The notes: generated by a model not told the origin, from the letters alone. Shown: positions 38,136-48,609, counted from the stretch's first letter. The stretch: DNA of 64,000 nucleotides from Clostridia bacterium (GCA_017461985.1 JAFTSA010000004.1:262053-326052), one strand, 5' to 3'. Made by a program: numbers and translations.

Positions 38136-38792
38136 TTAGTACTCTATTTGCATTGACTTGACTGCCTCGGCAGGATTTGTTGCCTTGAACACTGCACTGC
38201 CTGCAACAACAACGTTTGCGCCTGCTTCAACACACTCGTGTATATTGCTGGGACAAACGCCGCCGTCAAGTTGGATATGATAGTTGTAGCCCTTTTCATC
38301 TTTGATTTGTTTCACTTTTCTTGTCATTTCAAGACGTTCTCTCATGAAACTTTGTCCGCCAAAACCTGCTTGCACGGTCATGATGAGCACCATGTCAACC
38401 TTGTCAAGGAAAGGCTCAATAACACTGAAAGGTTGGTCCGCATTGAGGACTACACCACACATTTTGCCTTTTGACTTGATAGTGTCAAGGGCTTTCATGG
38501 GGTCTTTGCTCGCTTCGGGGTGGAAGGTGACCATATCTGCACCGCTGTCGCAAAATTCACCCACGTACTTTTCAGGCTCGGTTATCATAAGATGTACGTC
38601 AAAAAACATATCGCTGTTTTTGCGAAGTGCCTTGACCATAGGCATGCCAAATGTGATATTGGGTACGTACACGCCGTCCATAACGTCACAATGCACCCAA
38701 TCTGCGCCCCAAACTTTGAGGTCGCTGACGGCGTCTGCCATTTTTCCAAAGTCTGCTGATAAAATGCTCGGTGCAACCAAAACCTTACTCAT
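38136..38792 (-). CDS. rpe: Ribulose-phosphate 3-epimerase
   Basis: APSILSADF, HCDVMDG, FDVHLM, TVQAGFGGQ and LDGG blocks. Start set to the ATG at 38792, overlapping the rsgA end by 8 nt. Confidence 0.95.
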   Translation of the reverse strand: MSKVLVAPSILSADFGKMADAVSDLKVWGADWVHCDVMDGVYVPNITFGMPMVKALRKNSDMFFDVHLMITEPEKYVGEFCDSGADMVTFHPEASKDPMKALDTIKSKGKMCGVVLNADQPFSVIEPFLDKVDMVLIMTVQAGFGGQSFMRERLEMTRKVKQIKDEKGYNYHIQLDGGVCPSNIHECVEAGANVVVAGSAVFKATNPAEAVKSMQIEY

Positions 38793-39651
38793 ATTTGTTT
38801 TTTCTCCTTTCGGTGAGTTCATCGTAGATAAGTTTGTATCTATCATATCTGCCCTGTCCAATCTCTTTGCCAACGTGAGGCTTGACAGCACATTCAGGCT
38901 CGTTTATGTGGGTGCAAGTGTTGAATTTGCACTGAGGTCTAAACACCTCTAAATCGTCAAAATAAAGGCGCAATGATTCAGGCTCAATATCAACTGCATC
39001 AAGCATACTGAATCCACAAGTGTCCATAAGATAAGTGCCGCCAAGGTTGTAGATCTCAATGCGTCGAGTTGTGTTTTTACCGCGTTTAATCTTCTTGGCA
39101 AGTTCACCAACTTCGCACTCGTCACTGTCCAAAATTGCGTTGATGAGAGAACTCTTGCCAACGGCAGACTGCCCTGCAAGGCACACCGTTCTGCCTTTTA
39201 CGTAGTCAAAGACAGAGGACACACCAAGACCTGTTTCTGCTGATATTTCAAAAAACTTGACGATGGTTGCGTATTCACTCAAATCTATCTTTGATATATC
39301 GCACTTGTTTGCAAGAATAACGGGCTCAATGCCCTCTACCAAGCAGTTGACTATGACCTTGTCAACCAACAAAAAGTCAGGTTCAGGCTCGGGTGCTATG
39401 ACAATAAGGCAAACGTCAACATTGCTGACATACGGACGAATGAGTTGATTTTTTCGGTCTTCCACCTTTTCAATGACAAACACGTCGCGGTCTTTTGCGA
39501 TCTCAACGTAGTCGCCCACGTAGATATTGCCGTCAAATTTAAGTTTTTTGCGTGCAAAACAGACCTTGACTCCGCCTTCAGTGTCAACGAAAAATTTTGA
39601 GGCTACTGCCTTTACAACTCTTCCGCTTATTGTCTTTGTTGTTTTTGCCAT
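38785..39651 (-). CDS. rsgA: Ribosome small-subunit-dependent GTPase A
   Basis: OB N-terminus (GRVVKAVASKFFV), NKCDI, GQSAVGKSSLIN P-loop, and a C-terminal zinc knuckle (CKFNTCTHINEPECAV). Start set to the ATG at 39651, just after the rlmN stop. Confidence 0.9.
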   Translation of the reverse strand: MAKTTKTISGRVVKAVASKFFVDTEGGVKVCFARKKLKFDGNIYVGDYVEIAKDRDVFVIEKVEDRKNQLIRPYVSNVDVCLIVIAPEPEPDFLLVDKVIVNCLVEGIEPVILANKCDISKIDLSEYATIVKFFEISAETGLGVSSVFDYVKGRTVCLAGQSAVGKSSLINAILDSDECEVGELAKKIKRGKNTTRRIEIYNLGGTYLMDTCGFSMLDAVDIEPESLRLYFDDLEVFRPQCKFNTCTHINEPECAVKPHVGKEIGQGRYDRYKLIYDELTERRKNKYE

Positions 39652-39652
39652 A

Positions 39653-40684
39653 CTATCCTTTGTTTTCAAGATATCTTCTTCTAAGTTGTCCGCAAGCACC
39701 TTCAATGTCGTTGCCAAGTGAGCGACGAATTGTTGCAGAAACGCCCAGTGATTCCAGTTTCTTCAAAAAGTCCTTTGTGGCATCTTCTGTAGGTGCTTGA
39801 TGATCTCTTTCTTTCACCTCGTTGAGACGGATGAGATTGACGTGTGAGGGAAAACCCTTTGTCAGTTTTGCAAGTTCCAACGCGCAAGCGTTTGAATCGT
39901 TTGTGCCCTTGATGAGAGTATATTCAAAGATGACGCGCCTACCTGTCTTTTCAAAATAATATTTTGAAGCGGACACGATTTCACCGATATTGTACTTTTT
40001 GTTGACAGGCATAATGCTACTGCGCAAGGTGTCAAATGGTGCGTGCAACGAGATTGACAAGGTCACCTTGTGACCGCTGTCTGCAAACTCTCTAACCCTA
40101 TTTGCAAGGCCTGATGTGGAAAGTGATATGTTTCTTTCACCTATGTTTATGCCTTTTTCTGCGCCGACAAGGTCAAGGAATTTTAACACGTTGTCATAAT
40201 TGTCAAAAGGCTCACCGCTTCCCATAAGTACGAGATTGGTGACTGCTCTGTCTTTAATATTTCCGCCGTTGTCACGATTGACTGCGATGACTTGTCCAAG
40301 CATTTCACCGGGGGTTAGGTTGCGAAGAAGTCCGTCAAGACCACTTGCGCAAAAACTGCAACCCATTCTGCAACCGATTTGTGTTGAAAGACAAAGTGTA
40401 TTGCCATAGTCGTGAGGCATATACACGCCCTCAATTAGATTGCCGTCAGTCAACTCAAACAAATATTTGATTGTGCCAGACTTGCCTACGAATTTTTCAC
40501 GGATTGCAACAGGATTTGCGACATATTCTTCCTTCAGCTTTTCGCGCAAGTCCTTTTTGAGTGAGGTCATCTCATCAAAAGTCGCGCCGTTATGTAGAAA
40601 CGGGAAAATCTGCCCTGCCAAATATTTGGGTTCAGGGAAAAGTTCCTTAAGTTCTTTTAGGCTCAGTGAAAGAAGGTCTGTCAT
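39653..40684 (-). CDS. rlmN: 23S rRNA/tRNA adenine-C2 methyltransferase RlmN (radical SAM)
   Basis: CLSTQIGCRMGCSFCASG radical-SAM cysteine cluster, GSGEP and ACGQL. ATG at 40684, 1 nt downstream of the rsmB stop codon (40688..40686). Confidence 0.92.
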   Translation of the reverse strand: MTDLLSLSLKELKELFPEPKYLAGQIFPFLHNGATFDEMTSLKKDLREKLKEEYVANPVAIREKFVGKSGTIKYLFELTDGNLIEGVYMPHDYGNTLCLSTQIGCRMGCSFCASGLDGLLRNLTPGEMLGQVIAVNRDNGGNIKDRAVTNLVLMGSGEPFDNYDNVLKFLDLVGAEKGINIGERNISLSTSGLANRVREFADSGHKVTLSISLHAPFDTLRSSIMPVNKKYNIGEIVSASKYYFEKTGRRVIFEYTLIKGTNDSNACALELAKLTKGFPSHVNLIRLNEVKERDHQAPTEDATKDFLKKLESLGVSATIRRSLGNDIEGACGQLRRRYLENKG

Positions 40685-40685
40685 A

Positions 40686-41936
40686 TCAGTTCTTTTGCAG
40701 TTTTGCAATGAAGAATCCGTCACTGCCGTCGGTGGGCAAAATGCGGATTGTTGATTTATCATTAGGAAGACATTCACAGTCAAAATTGACGAGTCCCACG
40801 TCATTTGACAGCACTGAATTTACTACGTCAATGTTTTCAACATTGAAGAGTGTGCAAGTTGAATATACTATCGTGCCACCATTCTTTGTATATTTGATTG
40901 CATTTTCTAATATTTTCTTTTGAGTTTCAGCAATCTTCAACGAATCACTAAAGTCACGATTGAGGAATACGTCCGGGTGCTTTTTGTACGTGCCAAAACA
41001 AGAGCAAGGGGCGTCAACAAGAACATAGTCAAACTGACCAAGCCACTCCTTTTTCAGTTTCACGGCATCGTTTTGAACGGAAGTTATATTGTCTACCCCC
41101 ATACGTTTTGCATATTTGTCAATGAGTTCAACTCTATGCTTGTAGAGGTCGCAAGCTGTCACTTCGCTTTCAGGTGAAAGCTCTGCAATCAACACTGCTT
41201 TTCCGCCAGGGGCTGAACACAAGTCAAGGACTTTGCCACCTTTCGCGTTGAGAGCCTTTACAGCCTTGATTGAGGACGTTGCTTGGAACGTTATCCAGCC
41301 ACTGTTGAACATGTCCTTGACGGCTCTATTATCTGCCGATGCAAGGATTGTGCCACACTCGCCAAAGGTGTATTTGACTTTAGCTTTGTCAAGTTTGTAA
41401 GTGACTTCCTTGACGTCAGTATTGGTGTTTATGCGGACTGACTCCTCTGTTGTCAAGTCACTTTCAAGCAAAGCTTGAACCTCGTCCTTATCGTACTCCA
41501 AGAAGAGTTGGTCAATGAACCATTGTGGCAAAGAATATTTGACGGAAAGATAATTCTTGTCAGTTGGTTTAGGAAGGCGATATTCCTTTCTAGAAACGCG
41601 TTTGAGCACTGCATTGACAAATCCGCTTTGACCGTGAAGTCCGTTGGATTTTGCCACTTCTACGCACTCACTGACCACTGCGAATGCGGGCACGTTGTCA
41701 AGATGCATAAGTGCATACGTGCCGATTTTGAGAAGAGTGTATGCCTTTCCTTTGGGTTGCTTTTTTACAAGGGTTGAAAGCAAGTATTCAATTTCAACGT
41801 TTCTTTCAAGCACACCATAGACAAGCATTGTTGTCATGTCTGCGGTTTTGTCAGTTGACAAAGCGCGATTGGAATAACTTCCATCGTCAAAAACCTTTGT
41901 AAGGATTTTCAGTGCGTTGTCAAAATACTTTCTCAA
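40686..41936 (-). CDS. rsmB: 16S rRNA (cytosine967-C5)-methyltransferase
   Basis: NusB-like N-terminus plus methyltransferase motifs DLCSAPGGK, VDAPCSCFG and YSTCT. TTG start overlaps the fmt stop. Confidence 0.9.
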   Translation of the reverse strand: MRKYFDNALKILTKVFDDGSYSNRALSTDKTADMTTMLVYGVLERNVEIEYLLSTLVKKQPKGKAYTLLKIGTYALMHLDNVPAFAVVSECVEVAKSNGLHGQSGFVNAVLKRVSRKEYRLPKPTDKNYLSVKYSLPQWFIDQLFLEYDKDEVQALLESDLTTEESVRINTNTDVKEVTYKLDKAKVKYTFGECGTILASADNRAVKDMFNSGWITFQATSSIKAVKALNAKGGKVLDLCSAPGGKAVLIAELSPESEVTACDLYKHRVELIDKYAKRMGVDNITSVQNDAVKLKKEWLGQFDYVLVDAPCSCFGTYKKHPDVFLNRDFSDSLKIAETQKKILENAIKYTKNGGTIVYSTCTLFNVENIDVVNSVLSNDVGLVNFDCECLPNDKSTIRILPTDGSDGFFIAKLQKN

Positions 41937-42862
41937 CCCAGTTTTACTCCGACAACTATATCTTTGTTTCCATTGAGGAAGGAAAGGTCGTCTGTCTTTC
42001 CCTTGCCTTCAATTTGTATGCGAGTGAGGCGGACTGCTCCGTCTAAGCACTTCACAACAATGCCGTGTTGTCTGTCAGCATAGATGACCGTGCCAGTCTC
42101 TACGTCGCTGTCATCTTCAACAGGGATAAGGTCAATGACTTTGAGTTGTTTGCCACCCACAAATGTGTATGCAGAGGGCCAAGGATTCATTGCGTGGACA
42201 AAATTGCGCAGTGCCCCACCGTCTTTGTTGAAGTCGATTTGCCCTTCTGCCTTTGTGATTTTTATGCAATGTGTTGCCTCATCGTGATTTTGAGGTGTAA
42301 ATACTGCCTCACCACTTTCTATGAGACGAACTGCCTCAACCACCGCTTCTCCGCCAATGACTGCCATTTTGTCAAAGAGTGTGTCAGCATAGTCCTCGGG
42401 AGAAATTTCGATTTCTCTCTTGAGAAGCATATCGCCTGCGTCAACTTCCTTGACTGTTTTCATAATGGTGATGCCTGTCACTTTATCCCCTGCCAACATT
42501 GCAGATTGAATGGGTGATGCACCACGATGCTTAGGAAGGAGTGATGCGTGAACGTTGATGACACCATGCTTGGGGATAGCAAGGAATCTGTCTGACAAAA
42601 TTTGTCCAAATGCTGCTGTGATGACAAGGTCAGGCTCAAGTGCTTCAATATCTTCAATTCCTTGACGAGAAACTCTCTCATATTGAAGGACAGGGACGCC
42701 TGCATTCATTGCCGCAACTTTCAAAGGACAAGGTGTGAGCACCATCTTTCTGCCAACGGGTTTATCTACGCCGGTGACCACTGCACTCACGGGATATACG
42801 CTATTCAGTTTTTCAAAGACAACTGCCGAAAAATCGGGAGTGCCCATAAATATTATTTTCAT
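41933..42862 (-). CDS. fmt: Methionyl-tRNA formyltransferase
   Basis: IIFMGTPDFS, INVHASLLPKHRGASPIQ and the C-terminal Fmt domain. Confidence 0.95.
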   Translation of the reverse strand: MKIIFMGTPDFSAVVFEKLNSVYPVSAVVTGVDKPVGRKMVLTPCPLKVAAMNAGVPVLQYERVSRQGIEDIEALEPDLVITAAFGQILSDRFLAIPKHGVINVHASLLPKHRGASPIQSAMLAGDKVTGITIMKTVKEVDAGDMLLKREIEISPEDYADTLFDKMAVIGGEAVVEAVRLIESGEAVFTPQNHDEATHCIKITKAEGQIDFNKDGGALRNFVHAMNPWPSAYTFVGGKQLKVIDLIPVEDDSDVETGTVIYADRQHGIVVKCLDGAVRLTRIQIEGKGKTDDLSFLNGNKDIVVGVKLG

Positions 42863-43317
42863 TCTTCGTCATCCATAAGGTCTGAGCACTTGCTTGTGTA
42901 CACGATGCCATCAAGATGGTCGATTTCGTGTTGGAAAGCACGTGCAGTGAATCCACTTACTTTGTAAGTGTGCTTTTTGCCATATCTATCTTGTGCGATG
43001 ACAGTGACATCATTTGCTCTTGTCACAGTGCCATATTTGCCCTTAACTGAAAGACAGCCTTCAAGGCCTGTTTGTTCTCCTTTCATTGATTTGATGACGG
43101 GGTTGATGAGTTCATAAAAACCATCTTCAGTGTCAACGAGAGCAACACGCTTCAACACTGCCACTTGAGGAGCAGCAAGACCAGCGCCGTTTGCGTCAAG
43201 CAACGTGTCTTTCATATCATCAAGAAGTGTCCAAAGTCTTTCATCAAACTTGTCAACTTCTCTACACTTTTTTGCAAGGATAGGATCGGGAACTTGCACA
43301 ATAAGTCTTTTTGCCAT
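42859..43317 (-). CDS. def: Peptide deformylase
   Basis: GAGLAAPQV, EGCLS and QHEIDHLDG metal-binding motifs. Confidence 0.95.
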   Translation of the reverse strand: MAKRLIVQVPDPILAKKCREVDKFDERLWTLLDDMKDTLLDANGAGLAAPQVAVLKRVALVDTEDGFYELINPVIKSMKGEQTGLEGCLSVKGKYGTVTRANDVTVIAQDRYGKKHTYKVSGFTARAFQHEIDHLDGIVYTSKCSDLMDDEE

Positions 43318-43326
43318 ATTTCACCT

Positions 43327-45501
43327 TTAATAAAGATTTTGCGGATTGATTTCAACGAAAGCCGTACCCTTTTTAGGTCGATTTTCGCCTACGATTTTGT
43401 ATGTATCATTGAGGATCATTTGAGAGTTTACAGTCTCAAGCCTCATAACGATTTGATAGCGGAATTGTCCGCTGAGTTTTTTGAGAGGAGATGCGGTCAA
43501 ATTCAAAAACGGGAATTTGCCATAAGTCCTTTGCAGCTCGCGCACAGCCAAATATATTGCCTTCGCACTATTTCTTCCGTCTTCGACTTCAGATGAGGTT
43601 ATCATCACGCGGACAAGGTCCTTGTATGGAGGAAATCCTGTGACAAGTCTGCGGTTGTTTTCAACTCCAAAGAAGCCAGTATAATCATAGGTCTTTGCAA
43701 ACTTAAAGACGTAGTGAGAGGGCCAAAATGCTTGAAGGATAACTCTGCCCTTTTTCTCCGCTCTACCTGCTCTTCCTGCCACCTGTGTCACCAGTTGGAA
43801 AGTGCGTTCACTTGCTCGATAGTCCGACATAAAAAGTGCTGCATCTGCTTCAATTATGCCGACCAAGGTCACGTTTGGGAAGTCGTGTCCCTTTGCAATC
43901 ATTTGCGTGCCTACAAGTATATCTGCTTCACCCTTTGAAAATTTGTCGAGGATTTTGAAGTAGGCATCTTTTCCGCTTGTAGTGTCGTTGTCCATACGCA
44001 GACACTTGACGTCAGGGAAAATAGACTGCAACTCTTCAACGATTTTCTCAGTGCCTACACGCCCTTCCTTGACGTTGTGAGAGCCACATTCAGGGCAAAC
44101 TGTCATTGGGGCCTTTGTTGTGCCACAATAGTGACACTTCAGGCTGTTTTCGTGCTTGTGATAGGTCATTGACACGTCGCAAAGGTCACATTTTGGAATG
44201 TAGCCACAATCCCTACAACGCATAAATGAAGCAAATCCGCGTCGATTGAGAAAAAGGATAACCTGCTCTTTTCGTTCAATAGCTTGACCTATTGCATCAA
44301 TAAGTTCGTGTGAAAAAGGTGACCTATTGCCACTGCGGAATTCATAGGTCATATCTATGATTTCCATGTCGGGCAACTTGTGGGCAGAAATTCTGTCAGG
44401 CAAAGTTATGAGATTATACTTGCCGTCTGCCGCCTTTTGATATGTGCATATATCAGGAGTTGCCGAGCCAAGCACAAGAACTGCTCCTGCAATCCTTGCT
44501 CTTTCTTCTGCAACTTCTCTTGTGTCGTATCTAGGGTTTGACTCACTGAGATAACTGGTGTCATGCTCTTCGTCAATAAAGATTGCGCCAAGATTTTCAA
44601 GAGGTGCAAAAATGGCACTACGTGCACCTATAGCAATTTGTGCTTGACCGGTGCGAAGGCGTTTCCATTCGTCATATCTTTCACTGGCATTAAGCCCTGA
44701 GTGAAGGATTGCAACTTTGTCTCCAAATCTTGCCCTAAATATGCCAAGCATTTGAGGAGTCAAAGATATTTCAGGCACAAGCATAATTGACGTCTTTCCT
44801 TTGGAAAGAAAGTGCTCAATTACGTGGAGATAGATTTCAGTTTTGCCACTGCCCGTGACGCCGTGCAAAAGATAGACACCTTGTCCGCTTACAATTTGAT
44901 CAACAGCGGATTGTTGAGCGTCAGTCAAGGTGACAACTTTGTCTTTGCGGTCAAGACTGCCAAGAGGGACTCGTCTTTCGTGTACGTCGCTTTCGGTGAC
45001 AACACCCTTTTCACGAAGTCCATTGACAGCAGAAACACCATACAGATTGACCATTTGAGAGAGGAATCCACCTCCCTTTTCAGTCAAAAAGTCAAAAAGT
45101 TCAATTTGTTTTTTTGCCCTTGTGCCGATAAGTGCCTTAGCTTCATCACAGGAATATTTGCTGTTGGGACTAAGATAAATCCTCGTATATTCTGGATTTT
45201 TTTCCTCACGTAATTTAGTGGGCAAAAACAGACGCAAAACGTCAATATGGCGCAGGTTGTACTTACTGCGCATATAGTCCATAAGTTTCAGTTGTTTTTC
45301 GTCAATGGGGCTGTCAATTAAGGTGGCTTTTTTAAGATTTGGAAAGGTTGAGGTTTCTTTTTTGCCTACTACAAAGCCAAGGAGTCGCTTTCTTCCAAAT
45401 TCAACAGAAACACGACTTCCAAGTGGTATGTCATCGCCAAGATAGTCAAATGTTCTATCCACCTCGGCGCTTGATATATCAACAATAACCTCTAAAATCA
45501 T
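43327..45501 (-). CDS. priA: Primosomal protein N' (PriA helicase)
   Basis: LHGVTGSGKTEIY Walker A, DEEHD, and cysteine-rich zinc fingers (CRDCGYIPKCDLCD...CHYCG...CPECGS). Confidence 0.95.
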   Translation of the reverse strand: MILEVIVDISSAEVDRTFDYLGDDIPLGSRVSVEFGRKRLLGFVVGKKETSTFPNLKKATLIDSPIDEKQLKLMDYMRSKYNLRHIDVLRLFLPTKLREEKNPEYTRIYLSPNSKYSCDEAKALIGTRAKKQIELFDFLTEKGGGFLSQMVNLYGVSAVNGLREKGVVTESDVHERRVPLGSLDRKDKVVTLTDAQQSAVDQIVSGQGVYLLHGVTGSGKTEIYLHVIEHFLSKGKTSIMLVPEISLTPQMLGIFRARFGDKVAILHSGLNASERYDEWKRLRTGQAQIAIGARSAIFAPLENLGAIFIDEEHDTSYLSESNPRYDTREVAEERARIAGAVLVLGSATPDICTYQKAADGKYNLITLPDRISAHKLPDMEIIDMTYEFRSGNRSPFSHELIDAIGQAIERKEQVILFLNRRGFASFMRCRDCGYIPKCDLCDVSMTYHKHENSLKCHYCGTTKAPMTVCPECGSHNVKEGRVGTEKIVEELQSIFPDVKCLRMDNDTTSGKDAYFKILDKFSKGEADILVGTQMIAKGHDFPNVTLVGIIEADAALFMSDYRASERTFQLVTQVAGRAGRAEKKGRVILQAFWPSHYVFKFAKTYDYTGFFGVENNRRLVTGFPPYKDLVRVMITSSEVEDGRNSAKAIYLAVRELQRTYGKFPFLNLTASPLKKLSGQFRYQIVMRLETVNSQMILNDTYKIVGENRPKKGTAFVEINPQNLY

Positions 45502-46682
45502 TTTTGTTTTGCTATTGTATCAAGAATAAGGTGTGCGAGATCATCTTTTGAAACGAGTCCGCTATCCACACTATATCCTGATTTGCTGATTATGGTTGCA
45601 ACGTTTGTGTCGGTGTAGAAGCCTGCACCCACCTTTGTCACATCATTTGCAACAACGTAATCCGCATTCTTTCTTTGGAGTTTACCGCTGGCATTGGCAA
45701 TGAGATTTTCTGTTTCCGCAGAGAAAATGACAAGGGTTTTATCACCTTTATTTTCACCTACGTATTTTGCCACGTCAGGGTTCTTTTCGAGCTCAAGAAC
45801 AATGCTATCCGCCTTGATTTTTTGGCTTGATCTGTTTTTGACACGATAGTCTGCAGGCGCTGCCGCCATAATGAAGACGTCATTGTCCATATTGTCCTTG
45901 ACTGCATCAAGAAGTTGACAAGTGGTGGTCACCTTCACTTCTTTATAGACGCTAGAAGGTGTTTCAACGGACATCTTGCCTCTGACAAGAGTGACCTCTG
46001 CTCCGCGGTCTGCAAGGGCTCTGGCGATTGCACAACCCATTTTACCGCTAGAATGATTGGTTATTACACGGACACCGTCTATATCCTCTTCGGTTGCCCC
46101 TGAGGTGACAAGGACTTTTTTGCCCTTGAAGTCTTGAACAGGTTGGAGGATTTCTTCAACAATGCGGACGATATCAATGGGCTCTGCCATCTTACCTTTG
46201 CCCACGTCACCACAAGCAAGGCGACCTTCAACAGAGTCGATGATGGTGACACCTCGGTCCTTCAAAATGCCAATATTTTGTTGGACTGCTTCGCTTTCAT
46301 ACATATTTGTGTTCATGGCAGGACAAACCACTTTGGGTGCTTTTGATGCCATATATGTGGTTGAAAGCATATCATCGGCAATGCCCCTGGCAAATTTGCC
46401 AATGACGTTTGCCGTTGCAGGTGCAACCAAAAACAAATCAGCCTTTTTTGCAAGGGATACGTGTTTTACGTCAAACTCGTCCACTCTCTTGAAAGTGTCA
46501 GTGACAACGGCGTTGTTTGACAAGGTTTCAAAAGAAAGAGGCGCAACAAACTGGCAAGCATTGTCCGTCATGATGACGTAAACGTTTGCACCGAGTTTTT
46601 TAAGACGAGACACAATGTCGCAAGCCTTGTAGGCTGCGATACAACCCGTCACACCAAGGACGACGTTCTTTCCGTAAAGCAT
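45498..46682 (-). CDS. coaBC: Bifunctional phosphopantothenoylcysteine decarboxylase / phosphopantothenate-cysteine ligase
   Basis: GVTGCIAAYK flavoprotein N-terminus, PAMNTNM and ITNHSSGKMG in the CoaB half. Confidence 0.95.
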   Translation of the reverse strand: MLYGKNVVLGVTGCIAAYKACDIVSRLKKLGANVYVIMTDNACQFVAPLSFETLSNNAVVTDTFKRVDEFDVKHVSLAKKADLFLVAPATANVIGKFARGIADDMLSTTYMASKAPKVVCPAMNTNMYESEAVQQNIGILKDRGVTIIDSVEGRLACGDVGKGKMAEPIDIVRIVEEILQPVQDFKGKKVLVTSGATEEDIDGVRVITNHSSGKMGCAIARALADRGAEVTLVRGKMSVETPSSVYKEVKVTTTCQLLDAVKDNMDNDVFIMAAAPADYRVKNRSSQKIKADSIVLELEKNPDVAKYVGENKGDKTLVIFSAETENLIANASGKLQRKNADYVVANDVTKVGAGFYTDTNVATIISKSGYSVDSGLVSKDDLAHLILDTIAKQK

Positions 46683-46684
46683 AA

Positions 46685-46882
46685 TTAGTTCTCTCTAGTG
46701 ATGATTCTCTTGTCTTCGTAGATTTCTTTACAAGCAAGAGTGATTGCTTTTTCACCGCTCTTTTCAAGGGTTGAGCTTTCGCTGGTGAGAAGTTCACGTG
46801 TGCGCTTTGCTACTGCGCATGTGAGAGCATAACGGCATTCTGCGTGTTTGATAAGTTTGTCAATGGGGGGATCGATCATCAT
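46685..46882 (-). CDS. rpoZ: DNA-directed RNA polymerase subunit omega
   Basis: 65 aa. RYALTCAVAKRTRELL. Lies between gmk and coaBC as in Bacillus. Confidence 0.9.
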   Translation of the reverse strand: MMIDPPIDKLIKHAECRYALTCAVAKRTRELLTSESSTLEKSGEKAITLACKEIYEDKRIITREN

Positions 46883-46939
46883 AGTAAGTTTCTCCTATAC
46901 CGTTCTATCTTTGATAGAAATTGAATTTATTTTGGGAGG

Positions 46940-47512
46940 TCAGTTGCCTCTTTTTGCGTGTTCTGTGCTAATAATGTCAAGAATTTTGCCTGCGCAATCT
47001 TTTGCAACATCGTTGACGAGGACGTGATCGTATTCGTGGATCTTTGTGCGCTCGAAATCGATTTCAGCAAGGCGTCTTGCAAGGGTTTCAGGTGTTTCGC
47101 TCTTTCTGCCAATAAGACGTGCTTTCAGCTCGTCAATTGAAGGAGGATCAACAAAGATGGTTACGCAGTCGTCTGGATAAAGTTTTTTGATGTTTGCCGC
47201 GCCAACTACGTTCAGTTCAAGAAGAATGTCAAGACCGGCTTCAAGGCGACGGTCTATTTCACTCTTCAAAGTGCCGTAGTGGTAAGTGAACGTCCTTGTG
47301 TATTCAACAAATGCGTCTTCTTCGATATATTTGTCAAACTGTTCTTCGCTGACAAAATAATAGTTGACGCCATCCACTTCATAACTTCTAGGTTTTCTTG
47401 TGGTGCAAGAAACTGAAAATTGCATGTTGGGCAAGGCTTCTCTTACGATATCAATAACCGTGCTTTTGCCAACACCACTGTGTCCTGAAATAACGATTGC
47501 AAGTCCTTTCAT
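46940..47512 (-). CDS. gmk: Guanylate kinase
   Basis: ISGHSGVGKST P-loop, TTRKPRSYEVDGVNYYF and RLIGRKSE. Confidence 0.95.
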   Translation of the reverse strand: MKGLAIVISGHSGVGKSTVIDIVREALPNMQFSVSCTTRKPRSYEVDGVNYYFVSEEQFDKYIEEDAFVEYTRTFTYHYGTLKSEIDRRLEAGLDILLELNVVGAANIKKLYPDDCVTIFVDPPSIDELKARLIGRKSETPETLARRLAEIDFERTKIHEYDHVLVNDVAKDCAGKILDIISTEHAKRGN

Positions 47513-47526
47513 CTGTATCTCCTGTG

Positions 47527-48399
47527 TTATTCAACGTTTTGTGCTTGTTCACGAATCTTTTCGATTTCGTTTTTCAATGCCAAAACTTCTTCTGTGATTT
47601 TCAAGTTGTTTGCTTTGCTACCGATTGTATTTGTTTCCCTATTCATTTCTTGAACGCGGAAGTCAAGGTCTCTGCCGATAGGCTTTTCAAGGGAAAGGGT
47701 TTTCTTCATAATTTCGATGTGTGCACCGAGACGAGTGATTTCTTCATCAATACAGCACTTGTCAGCATACACAGCAACCTCTGTTGCAAGACGGGATTCA
47801 TCCACCACTCCGTCCACTGCTTCACGGATACGGGCATGGAGTTTGTCACGATATTCTGCGGTGACTGTGGGTGCAAGAGCCTTGATTGTGTCCAATGACT
47901 TTTGCATATTGTCAAGCTTTGAAGTGAGGTCCGCCTTGATTGAAAGACCTTCCTTTTCTCTTGCTTCAACAAGTGCTTTGAGTGCATCATTGAGAGCCGA
48001 GAAGGTCAATTCTTGAAGTGCACTTTCATCTTCCTCATTTTCTACGCGAGTGACTATGTCACCGTTGCGGATAAGGGATGTGACTGTCACGTCGTTTACT
48101 GCACCAGTCTTTTCCTCAATTTCCTTGGCTGTTTTGAGATAACTGTCAAGGAGGTCAAAGTCCACAGTGTATCCGCCCTTTGCACTTTCAGATTGCTCGT
48201 AGGAAAGATACATATCAACGTGGCCTCGAGTGACACTCCTGCCTATTGTCTTTTTGATTCCGTCTTCCAAAAACATAAAAGTCTTGGGGAATTTAAGTAC
48301 AAAATCAAGATATCTGTGGTTGACAGTTTTGATTTCTATTGTGATCTTCTTGCCATCGGCCTCGGCAATTCCTTTGCCGTAGCCAGTCATACTGCGCAT
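47527..48399 (-). CDS. yicC: YicC/YloC family endoribonuclease-like stress protein
   Basis: MRSMTGYGKG start, then SVNHRYLD-like TVNHRYLD, and C-terminal QEMNRETNTIGSKAN. Start set to the ATG at 48399. Confidence 0.9.
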   Translation of the reverse strand: MRSMTGYGKGIAEADGKKITIEIKTVNHRYLDFVLKFPKTFMFLEDGIKKTIGRSVTRGHVDMYLSYEQSESAKGGYTVDFDLLDSYLKTAKEIEEKTGAVNDVTVTSLIRNGDIVTRVENEEDESALQELTFSALNDALKALVEAREKEGLSIKADLTSKLDNMQKSLDTIKALAPTVTAEYRDKLHARIREAVDGVVDESRLATEVAVYADKCCIDEEITRLGAHIEIMKKTLSLEKPIGRDLDFRVQEMNRETNTIGSKANNLKITEEVLALKNEIEKIREQAQNVE

Positions 48400-48578
48400 A
48401 TACGTGTGCCCGCCTATAGATATAATTTTGTCTAGTATAACAAAACTTAAAAAGACTGACAACATTTCAGCGCTAGTTTTTAAAAAATTCTTAAAAAATC
48501 TTTGATTTTTAAAGGAAAAAGTGCAAAAACAAGCAAATATCGTAGATATTTAATTAGGTTCAAGATGACAAAGCGGCT

Positions 48579-48609
48579 AAAAAAGAAAACGCAGGCTATA
48601 CCTGCGTTT
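48579..48609 (-). terminator. Terminator after ligA
   Basis: On the minus strand: AAACGCAGG UAUAG CCUGCGUUU, followed by UCUUUUUU. Confidence 0.75.
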
